This document shows positions 40,015-46,237 of a DNA stretch of 46,237 bases, one piece after another (positions within the stretch are counted from its first letter, which is position 1; each line of letters starts with the position of its first letter). Source of the stretch: a virus; IMG/VR virus record IMGVR_UViG_3300031372_000011, positions 1-46,237 of that record. One strand, 5' to 3'. The translations under genes were made by a program, and so were the position numbers. The notes beneath the pieces are model-generated. The model was not told the origin of the DNA. It ran no database searches and saw only the letters and a program-made list of their open reading frames with translations.

Positions 40015-40284
40015 TTAAATTTGTTTGGGAAATGGTTTGGCTGCACTTGGCTTCGGTAATGCGTCACCTTTGTTCGGATAAAGGTCTGGTCGAAGATCGT
40101 GCGGGGAAACTGACCAGCCACCCATCTCGCAAAGTTGGATAACACGCTCAGAAGGAACGTGGTTTTTTTCTATCCAGTTAGCAACGGATTGAACTGAACG
40201 AAAGCCAAAGCGGCGCGAAACTGCTGAAATGTTTCCGACAGCCTTCACAGCTTGCTCAGTGATGTTCTTGAATTCCTGCGGCAT
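40015..40284 (-). CDS. cro: Cro-like HTH repressor (YdaS/Cro family)
   Basis: The 89-aa ORF is divergent from cI and carries an HTH (SRRFGFRSVQSVANWIEKNHVP). Confidence 0.7.
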   Translation of the reverse strand: MPQEFKNITEQAVKAVGNISAVSRRFGFRSVQSVANWIEKNHVPSERVIQLCEMGGWSVSPHDLRPDLYPNKGDALPKPSAAKPFPKQI

Positions 40285-40312
40285 AAGAGCCTCCTAAAGT
40301 AGTCACATTCAA

Positions 40313-40341
40313 ATACTACTTATAGTAGCCCATTTAATCAA
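40313..40341 (-). promoter_or_regulatory. PR-like promoter: -35 TTGATT, 17-nt spacer, -10 TAGTAT
   Basis: Read on the minus strand in the cI-cro intergenic region. It overlaps the operator palindrome. Confidence 0.5.
40316..40328. promoter_or_regulatory. Operator palindrome CTACT-TAT-AGTAG (CTAC-N5-GTAG type)
   Basis: A perfect 13-bp palindrome. A further AGTAGT half-site at 40298-40303 is inverted relative to ACTACT at 40315-20. The same CTAC-N5-GTAG motif recurs at 41197-41209. Confidence 0.55.
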
Positions 40342-40353
40342 CTTAAAATAGAA

Positions 40354-41073
40354 ATGACGAATGTCATGAGTCCGGCTAATCTTCTACTTATGGTAGAAAA
40401 CGAATCAAAGTATCAAGACTTCGCAGATCGTCTAAACTCCCTAATGAGAGAAGAGGGGGTGGACGTGAATGCACTTAAAGATATCAGCGGGGTCTCATAT
40501 GAGATGGCCCGTCGCTATACGTTAGGCACAGCAAAGCCCAGGGATGAAAAGCTGGAGAAAATTGCGAAGCACTTCGGGGTAACAATGCCGTTCCTTGACT
40601 ATGGTGTCGGGGAGGCACTGCCTGTGGGTCATGATGCGGAAAAGCTCGAGCAGCTGGAAGTGTATGCCAGCGCAGGCCGCAGTGGTTATATAAACCGTGA
40701 TTTCCCTGAAGTAATCAGATCTATAGAAATTCCGAAAGAGAGGATCTACGAACTTTTTGGCAGAAAAAACCTCGACGGGATCAGGATTATGAACGTTGAT
40801 GGCGACAGCATGATGCCAACGTTAAACCCAAGGGATCTACTGTTTATCGATTCCAAGGTCGACCATTTCAATGGCGATGGCGTGTACGTTTTCTGCTTTG
40901 AAGATGCTACCTTCGTCAAGCGCCTTCAGCGTGTAAAAGGCCGACGCCTGGCGGTTATTTCCGATAACGATCGCTACCCACCGTTTACCATTGAAGAAAA
41001 TGAGATGTTCGAACTCTACATTTTTGGAAAACTCATCAAACAATTACCCATGAAATTTGTAGATTTCGCCTGA
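40354..41073 (+). CDS. cI: CI-type repressor (HTH plus S24 LexA-like autopeptidase domain)
   Basis: The protein has an N-terminal HTH and a C-terminal DGDSMMPTL (catalytic Ser) and FVKRLQR (catalytic Lys). Confidence 0.9.
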   Translation: MTNVMSPANLLLMVENESKYQDFADRLNSLMREEGVDVNALKDISGVSYEMARRYTLGTAKPRDEKLEKIAKHFGVTMPFLDYGVGEALPVGHDAEKLEQLEVYASAGRSGYINRDFPEVIRSIEIPKERIYELFGRKNLDGIRIMNVDGDSMMPTLNPRDLLFIDSKVDHFNGDGVYVFCFEDATFVKRLQRVKGRRLAVISDNDRYPPFTIEENEMFELYIFGKLIKQLPMKFVDFA

Positions 41074-41107
41074 CCAAACTCCCGCCCCTCTCCTTCTACT
41101 AAAACTA

Positions 41108-41131
41108 AAGCCAGCGAAAGCTGGTTTTTTT
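41108..41131 (+). terminator. Rho-independent terminator after cI
   Basis: CCAGC-GAAA-GCTGG is followed by TTTTTTT. Confidence 0.75.
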
Positions 41132-41186
41132 GTTGTCTAAATTCAATTAGTTAAAATCTACTTTCAATATTTTCTACTTTTTGTTG

Positions 41187-41215
41187 TTGACGAATTCTAC
41201 ATTAGGTAGCATATT
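41187..41215 (+). promoter_or_regulatory. PL-like early promoter: -35 TTGACG, 17-nt spacer containing the operator CTAC-ATTAG-GTAG, -10 CATATT
   Basis: Read directly from the sequence, upstream of the plus-strand early operon. Confidence 0.55.
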
Positions 41216-41261
41216 TAACCCATCGAAGGCGCACCGCCAACAACTGAGCAGCGAGGTAGTT

Positions 41262-41588
41262 ATGGCACTTGACCACGGCATCCTGAACCTACCCCTGAAC
41301 AAGCGCGGCCTGGGCAACATCGATGCAGAGATCGACCGGTTCAACAAGCAACAGCGCGAAGCGAAAGCCGAGGCCATGTGGGTGGCGAAAGACAACTACA
41401 AGACCAACAAGGCAGCAGCACTGGAAGCCCTTAAGCAGATCGATAGCACCCTGCTCAAGGCTCAGGCCGACAAGCGCAACATGAAGCCTCGGGAGTTGCT
41501 AAAGCTGGTCAAAGAAATGTGTAACGACAAGCCGAAGGTGGCCCTGAAGGTCATTCAGGATTTGTTTATCGCCAAAGCTGACGAGTAG
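41262..41588 (+). CDS. Hypothetical early protein (108 aa, Lys/Ala-rich helical)
   Basis: The ATG at 41262 is preceded by GAGGT. The track start at 41181 lies inside the promoter. Confidence 0.55.
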   Translation: MALDHGILNLPLNKRGLGNIDAEIDRFNKQQREAKAEAMWVAKDNYKTNKAAALEALKQIDSTLLKAQADKRNMKPRELLKLVKEMCNDKPKVALKVIQDLFIAKADE

Positions 41589-41595
41589 GAACGCG

Positions 41596-41862
41596 ATGAT
41601 GAAAGCTTACCAGTGCACAACAGACCTTTTTGCAGACGTCGATCTGGGCATCAAAAATGCTGTCCTGATGTGCGTTGAAGGCCCAGCAGCAGCAACCAAA
41701 AAGCTGTGTGGCCAACTGGCTAAATCCTTCGTCATCGCCGGGTATGAAGAAGATGGCGCAAAGGCTGGTGATCTGGTGGTGTTCTTCGTCGTTAAAAAAT
41801 CCGGGGTGTCTGCGTTCGTGGACGCGGCAACCCAGAAAGGAGGCGCTCGTGTTGAAGCATAA
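41596..41862 (+). CDS. Hypothetical protein (88 aa)
   Basis: An ORF in the early operon. Confidence 0.5.
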   Translation: MMKAYQCTTDLFADVDLGIKNAVLMCVEGPAAATKKLCGQLAKSFVIAGYEEDGAKAGDLVVFFVVKKSGVSAFVDAATQKGGARVEA

Positions 41863-42034
41863 AATGTGGACCTTCGAAATGAAGGGTGATCAGTTCTTCT
41901 TCACCGAGTTTGTTGACGGTCGCGAAGTAGCGACGCATGGCCCGGTGGATAAGGCAGCGGCCTCAGTATTGGCAGTCAGCATCATCCAAGGCTTTCAACC
42001 CCCTGCTCTGTTTGTAGAGGTTGAAAGTGAGTAA
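41849..42034 (+). CDS. Hypothetical protein (~61 aa)
   Basis: The GTG at 41849 is preceded by AGGAGG. An alternative ATG lies at 41864. The longer track ORF from 41675 overlaps the previous gene. Confidence 0.4.
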   Translation: MLKHKMWTFEMKGDQFFFTEFVDGREVATHGPVDKAAASVLAVSIIQGFQPPALFVEVESE

Positions 42035-42722
42035 GGGCGGCTGCCGGGCGACGGTGATCAGCATGCTGATCGGGCTTGTGTTCTTCGCCACCCTAGCTGT
42101 GGCTGTAGTGATCGATACCGCCGGGTAACCGGCCCATAACGGCCTGCTCATTCGCCCTTTTAATTAATTTTGGAAGCGGTGGGGGTAGCACTCATGAGTG
42201 AGCAGACCGTTGTGGTGAAGCGTTGGAGAGACGTTTGTATGCGGATTCAAGCGGGAGGCCGTTCGCAGTCGGAAGACTCGACCCCCGTTCGGCAATAGGA
42301 CGTAGGTACCAGCCACTACGGTGAGCCCAGCACCACAAATCTCCTTGCCGGGGAGTTCAACCGGCATGACAGCTCGGAAGAGACGAGCACACAACGATAA
42401 GAGCTCTGCACCGGATATGTGGCAAGCACCTGTGTAACTCCCGCTGGCGGCGTGGTAGTGAGGTCGCAGAGCCGACGTTACGGGCAACGCGGCGCAAGGT
42501 GGTCAAAGGCAGTGCTCTTTTCGTTGTGGCATCCGGTGATAGGCGGGCTACCTCTCCGCCCGGGGGTTCAACTCCTCCCACCACACACCTTATCCCCTAC
42601 CTTGGGATAAACCGGGCCCAGGCCGCCGGATAAACGTAACCGGCACCCAACTGAAACGGTTTTTAGGGGACGCGGTCTGTTTTACAGCGTGACGAAAGAA
42701 CCGGAGATAAAGCCGTTTCAGT

Positions 42723-42891
42723 TGTGGTGAATGCACAGGCTGATGTGCAAAGAGTAAGGGTGACGGGGTTCCTAGGCCCGGTGAACCGAGCGATTTGGTA
42801 AGGCCGATCTGGTGAAAGCGCCCTCAAAGTGGGTAGAGGCAGGTTCGATTCCTGCTACCAATGCCGGAGATCAGCGCCGGTCACCACAACC
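42723..42891 (+). ncRNA. tRNA-like element 2 (expanded, ~169 nt)
   Basis: The 5' part reads TGTGGTG-AA-[TGCAC AGGCTGAT GTGCA]. An inner minihelix follows: ATTTGGTA...[CCTC AAAGTGGGTA GAGG]-[GCAGG TTCGATT CCTGC]-TACCAAT. Then comes the hairpin GCCGG-N9-CCGGT, and the element closes with CACCACA-A-CC. Confidence 0.4.
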
Positions 42892-43064
42892 TAAATCTGA
42901 ATGTTGCTTCCTCGCTTTGCTGATAGCAGCGCATTCGCCGGATAGAGTAACCGGCACCCAACAGGAAAGAGCATTGGGACCGTGAGCGTGAAACGCTAAG
43001 GGCCACCCACACCAGGGAAAAGAGCAACGATAACCCGTTGCAGTGGTCCCAGTGCTCTCTCCGT

Positions 43065-43193
43065 TGCGGTGTAGTTCAGCGGTAGAACGGGCTATGGAGT
43101 GCTGGCCAGCGTGGGGATCAAAGAGGTTTGCAAACCTCCTGGTACCCGGTCCAAAAAGTGCAGTCGTCGGTTCGAATCCGACCACCTCAACCA
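43065..43193 (+). ncRNA. tRNA-like element 3 (129 nt) with canonical D arm, T arm and encoded CCA but a 77-nt central region
   Basis: The acceptor is TGCGGTG/CACCTCA (6 of 7 pairs). The 5' side reads TA-GTTC-AGCGGTA-GAAC. The 3' side reads GTCGG-TTCGAAT-CCGAC-CACCTCA-A-CCA. The central imperfect hairpin at 43113-43147 has the loop TTTGCAAA. Confidence 0.5.
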
Positions 43194-43470
43194 ACTAAAT
43201 GCTGTGTGTAGCTTTGGCGGCCTCGCCTAACTTCTACTTAATAGAGGTGACGACAATGTTCATGGGCCTGGCCGCCCTTTTTACACATCAGGTGGCGTAC
43301 TGTCCGGACCCTTAAACCTGGATAGTCTAAGAAAAACCGGAACGGTGCGCCACCTGGTGTGTGGAGAAATATGGCAGGCGATGAGTGGTATCCCTGCCAA
43401 TTAATATCAACCTATTTTCTGCGAAATATTGCCGAGTCTTGGCAGGGAGTTGTTTTGCCGAAAATCAGTG

Positions 43471-44400
43471 ATGGAGAATATCGTGAGCCATTTAACTTTC
43501 AAAAATATCCTTATTTATCGCCTGTCTCGGGATGTTGATTTATCGCCTGAAACTATTGAAACCCACCTGGCACCGTTCGCCCTTACACCATGTAGCAGCC
43601 AGGATATGGCGAAAGCTGGCTGGATTTCCCCCATGGGAAAGCGCGGAACGTCGCTATTTCATGCCGTTAACGGCCAGGTAATTCTTTGCGCTCGCAAAGA
43701 AGAAAAAATTCTTCCTGCTTCGGTAATTAAAGAAGAAGTGCAGAAGCAGATCGAAAAAATCGAAGGCGAACAGCATCGCAAACTGAAAAAGACGGAGCGG
43801 GACCAACTGAAAGATGAGGCTTTGCAGAGCCTGCTACCTCGCGCGTTTAGCCGCTTTACTAGTGTATTCATGTGGATCGATACCGTTAACGGCCTGATTG
43901 TGGTTGATTCGCCAAGCTCTAAACGTGCCGAAGATGTCTTGGCCTTGCTACGTAAGAGCCTTGGCTCGTTGCCGGTCACCCCTTTAACGATGGAGAGCCC
44001 TATAGAGCTGACTTTAACCGAGTGGGTTAGATCTGGAAAGGCGCCAGCCGGTTTCTTGCTGCAGGATGAGGCTCAACTCAAAGCCATTCTGGAAGAAGGC
44101 GGGACCATTAGCTGCAAAAAACAAGACCTGTGCGGCGATGAGGTGGCAACAAACATTGAGGCCGGAAAGCTTGTTACCACGCTGGCCCTTGAGTGGAAGG
44201 AACGGATCAGCTTTTCCATTACTGACACTGGAAGCCTCAAGAAGCTGAAGTTTTGCGATCAGTTGCTCGAGCAGAATGATGATATTGACCGTGAAGATTT
44301 TGCCATGCGCTTCGATGCTGATGTTGTTTTGATGACCGGGGAGCTATCTGCACTTATAGCCAACCTGACCGAAGTTCTTGGCGGGGAGGTGACTTCCTGA
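43471..44400 (+). CDS. rdgC: Recombination-associated protein RdgC homolog
   Basis: The protein is collinear with E. coli RdgC as I remember it, through segments such as FKNxxxYRLSR, [84 protein letters not shown] and [13 protein letters not shown]. The start is either ATG 43471 or GTG 43483 (GGAGA lies upstream of the GTG). Confidence 0.88.
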   Translation: MENIVSHLTFKNILIYRLSRDVDLSPETIETHLAPFALTPCSSQDMAKAGWISPMGKRGTSLFHAVNGQVILCARKEEKILPASVIKEEVQKQIEKIEGEQHRKLKKTERDQLKDEALQSLLPRAFSRFTSVFMWIDTVNGLIVVDSPSSKRAEDVLALLRKSLGSLPVTPLTMESPIELTLTEWVRSGKAPAGFLLQDEAQLKAILEEGGTISCKKQDLCGDEVATNIEAGKLVTTLALEWKERISFSITDTGSLKKLKFCDQLLEQNDDIDREDFAMRFDADVVLMTGELSALIANLTEVLGGEVTS

Positions 44401-44591
44401 TGTTCGGTTTATTCCTCCTAGTCTGCTACACCTACCAGCCTTGCGATTATGTGCCCCAGGGTTGGGTGTACCCGGACCGATCAAACTGCCTGGCGGATAT
44501 CTACCAGCAGCAGTCGCCACCCCAGTATGAATGCCTGCCGGTTGACGGTGTAGTTCCAGCCGCAGTGCAGGATCAGGGAGAAATGGAATGA
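44400..44591 (+). CDS. Hypothetical small Cys-containing protein (63 aa) with a hydrophobic N-terminus
   Basis: The ORF has a TGATG overlap with rdgC. Confidence 0.45.
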   Translation: MFGLFLLVCYTYQPCDYVPQGWVYPDRSNCLADIYQQQSPPQYECLPVDGVVPAAVQDQGEME

Positions 44592-45346
44592 AAGAGCGCC
44601 CAGTTTTATTCAACGGCGATATGGTTCGCGCCATTCTCGACGGTCGCAAGACGCATACGCGGCGGGTTATGAAAGTGCAGCCCGAATCCCAGGAATTAGG
44701 GTTGAGCCGCATAACTGAGTCAAAAAATAGCAGCGACACAGGAAAATACTTCTGGTCACTATCAGATGCTCTAGGTAGTAGGTCGCGCTCAAAAATTTTC
44801 CCATGCCCGTTCGGCCAGGTAGGTGATCGGCTGTGGGTGCGAGAGACGTTCGCGACTCTCGGTAACGAGGACGGCTGCCCTATCGATTGGAGTGAGAATC
44901 TGGTCAAAGGCGGCGGCCCAGAAGCGGCAAGAATTTACCGCGCTAGTTGCGATCAGAAAGCCGGAAATTATGGGCTGTGGTCAATCCCTGATATCGCAGA
45001 TTGGAAACCCCATACCTGGAACGTGCAATACGAAGGATCATGGGTTCCCTCTATCCACATGCCGCGCTGGGCTTCGCGCATCACTCTGGAGATAACAAAC
45101 GTAGGCGTTCAACGCCTAAATTCGATTAGCCAGAATGATGCCGAACGGGAGGGGCTTCATAAACTGCCAGCCTCCGGCAGGTACTGCATTACACCTGGAG
45201 CGCAATATTTTGGCGGCGCGAGCCATGATGCGCGTGAGGTATTTTCTTGGCTATGGCAATCCATTTACGGTGAAGAAAGTTGGCAGGCTAATCCCTGGGT
45301 GTGGGTCATCGAATTTAAACGCGTGGAGGGTGCTCATGGAAAATAG
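44588..45346 (+). CDS. ASCH/PUA-like domain phage protein
   Basis: The N-terminus PVLFNGDMVRAILDGRKTHTRR, then CPFGQVGDRLWVRE, SIHMPRWASRITLEI and NPWVWVIEFKRV match a widespread phage family usually annotated as ASCH. This is from memory. Confidence 0.5.
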   Translation: MKERPVLFNGDMVRAILDGRKTHTRRVMKVQPESQELGLSRITESKNSSDTGKYFWSLSDALGSRSRSKIFPCPFGQVGDRLWVRETFATLGNEDGCPIDWSENLVKGGGPEAARIYRASCDQKAGNYGLWSIPDIADWKPHTWNVQYEGSWVPSIHMPRWASRITLEITNVGVQRLNSISQNDAEREGLHKLPASGRYCITPGAQYFGGASHDAREVFSWLWQSIYGEESWQANPWVWVIEFKRVEGAHGK

Positions 45347-45992
45347 ATTTTACATGATTTGCCTGCGCGACACCGTGGGCACTAACGCGTCATTCCACTG
45401 CAAAGATGGGAGCGGGTATAGCACCGACATAGATAAGGCTCACGCATACACGCGGGAGGAAGCCCAAAGCGCCTGGAATTGCGGGCGGGAGATCGATCTG
45501 CCTATTTCTGCCGATAGCGTAGATGCTCATGCCGTTTGGCATGTAGATCACCAGCATGTTCCTGGCGAAACAACGATCGTTGAGGGATGCGAAAAGTATG
45601 TTGGCTTTGTGAAGGGCCAGTGGGATGGCAATGACTTGTATTGGGTGTTTGGGGCAAATCCTCCGACAACCGATTTTAGTCGAGCGACCATTATACAGCC
45701 GGTCGATTACACCGTTCCCGGCCTGGTGTGGCTCCCCTTTCATATTGCCGATGCCGCAAAGCGCCGAACATTCAACATCAACCTGCTAGATCGCCGCACA
45801 ATGATCCAGGGGGCCGGTTTACGCAAGCCCGATTGGTTGAAGCGCCAACAGCGACGTAACCCATCTGGAAAAGTCCGTTGGAACTGTCCGTGTTGCGGAA
45901 AGATTAGCTGGCAGTTTAACCCTTACGATTTCGACGGTTGCAGGGATGTCTATTGCGAAGAGTATCGCAGCGAGGCCCACCATGAAGAGTGA
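45336..45992 (+). CDS. Hypothetical protein (218 aa) with a C-terminal Cys-rich Zn-ribbon-like motif
   Basis: The ATG at 45336 is preceded by GGAGGG. The C-terminus reads WNCPCCGKISW...DGCRDVYCEEY. The track start at 45135 overlaps the upstream gene. Confidence 0.55.
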   Translation: MENRFYMICLRDTVGTNASFHCKDGSGYSTDIDKAHAYTREEAQSAWNCGREIDLPISADSVDAHAVWHVDHQHVPGETTIVEGCEKYVGFVKGQWDGNDLYWVFGANPPTTDFSRATIIQPVDYTVPGLVWLPFHIADAAKRRTFNINLLDRRTMIQGAGLRKPDWLKRQQRRNPSGKVRWNCPCCGKISWQFNPYDFDGCRDVYCEEYRSEAHHEE

Positions 45993-46237
45993 ACAGATGG
46001 AGCTTATGCAGCATGCGCTGGGCATCAATGAGCGCCAGCGCGAACCGTACCGGAATTACTTTCTGGCCAGCGGCGGCAATGCGGCTAACCCAGACTGGCA
46101 GGAGTTGGTAACAGCTGGCTATGCCACATCAAGCCCAGCTCCGGCATGGTCATGCGGCGATGTCGTTTATCAAGTCACGGATAAGGGCCGTGAATTGGCT
46201 GTTGCCGCACTGCCGATGCCGAAAAAGAAAAAAGAAA
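45982..46237 (+). CDS. Hypothetical early protein, 5' part of the gene that crosses the circular junction (continues at 128-393)
   Basis: The ATG at 45982 overlaps the upstream stop. The frame stays open to the window end and is in phase with 1-393 through the duplicated 127 nt. Confidence 0.6.
   Translation, partial: MKSEQMELMQHALGINERQREPYRNYFLASGGNAANPDWQELVTAGYATSSPAPAWSCGDVVYQVTDKGRELAVAALPMPKKKKE
46111..46237. repeat. Terminal redundancy copy 2, identical to 1-127
   Basis: 127/127 identity. Confidence 0.95.

Larger units (their letters stand above)
42211..43193 (+). ncRNA. Array of tRNA-like / highly structured RNA modules (unassigned family)
   Basis: No credible ORF is present. Three tRNA-type T arms lie at 42562-42578, 42839-42855 and 43166-43182. 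The complementary 7-mers TGTGGTG (42211, 42723) and CACCACA (42331, 42579, 42882) recur. D-arm-like hairpins follow each 5' 7-mer. A 26-nt hairpin motif is repeated and there are long perfect helices. Confidence 0.5.
1..46237. mobile_element. Complete temperate tailed-phage genome (HK97-like head genes, lambda-like tail genes), circularly closed; unique length 46,110 bp
   Basis: Integrase/excisionase/attP, CI/Cro switch, replication, lysis, packaging, head and tail modules are all present. Both ends carry an identical 127-nt sequence and one ORF is continuous across the junction. Confidence 0.9.

Noticed and set aside
42027-42128. 33-aa hydrophobic ORF (VSKGGCRATVISMLIGLVFFATLAVAVVIDTAG)
   Set aside because: It may be a real small membrane peptide overlapping the previous stop, but it starts with GTG, has no clear RBS and is very short. 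The evidence is insufficient to call it.
42211-42589. Phage-encoded tmRNA (acceptor TGTGGTG/CACCACA plus T arm, ~379 nt)
   Set aside because: There is no G3:U70 alanine identity pair, no GGGG 5' end, no recognisable resume codon or tag ORF ending in stops, and the 3' end is CACCACA-C-ACC rather than ...ACCA. The idea is unsupported by eye and should still be tested with ARAGORN.
43065-43193. Ordinary tRNA-Cys(GCA) gene
   Set aside because: The GCA-containing loop is 8 nt on a 4-bp terminal stem, and 54 extra nt lie between the D and T arms. No register gives a canonical anticodon arm, so I report it as tRNA-like and not as a tRNA.
42164-43194. Minus-strand ORFs 42164-42487, 42357-42584 and 42871-43194, and plus-strand ORF 42419-42610
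   Set aside because: They are Arg/Gly/Pro/Cys-rich, lack an RBS, and run through tRNA-type T arms and long helices. The region is better explained as structured RNA. Hand-translated short plus-strand ORFs (for example 42193-42300, 35 aa) cannot be excluded but have weak support.

Overview
The window is a complete, circularly closed temperate siphovirus-type phage genome. The last 127 nt (46111-46237) are identical to the first 127 nt, so the unique length is 46,110 bp, and one gene reads across the junction. This looks like an assembler overlap, not physical ends. Plus-strand modules are an early-left operon (41262 through the junction to 2576, including a full-length RdgC homolog, an ASCH-like protein and a DEDDh exonuclease), xis-int (2622-4041), an attP that is the 3' part of tRNA-Pro(GGG) (4171-4215), and the CI repressor (40354-41073). 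Minus-strand modules run from high to low coordinates. First come cro, a CII-like gene, a Rha/KilAC antirepressor, and a replication initiator with internal iterons. Next are a Dam-like N6A methyltransferase, a 661-aa C5 methyltransferase, a DUF968 protein and a Q-like antiterminator. These are followed by the late promoter and terminators, two holin-like genes, a GH19 endolysin and i/o-spanins. Small genes and a putative glycosylation trio (MptE/DUF115-like, GT9-like, SAM methyltransferase) come next, then HNH, an AT-rich repeat region and TerS/TerL. The structural genes follow: a prohead protease-major capsid fusion, the portal, a repeat protein, head-tail connectors and the major tail protein. 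The tail module continues with G/GT chaperones (lambda-type GGGAAAG slip site), the tape measure, tail tip proteins, an I+J-like host specificity protein, an esterase tailspike and a distal 306-aa gene. Three AT-rich or oppositely oriented morons are present: an SOS-boxed, pre-processed UmuD'-like gene; an SGNH lipoprotein next to attP; and a small membrane protein with its own promoter inside the tail operon. The most unusual feature is a ~1.3-kb ORF-poor, GC-rich, heavily structured plus-strand region (about 42130-43400) upstream of rdgC. It contains 3-4 diverged ~300-nt modules, each ending in a tRNA-like element. I could not assign it to any RNA family I know. All homology calls come from reading the translated ORFs and motifs by eye. 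No database search was run.
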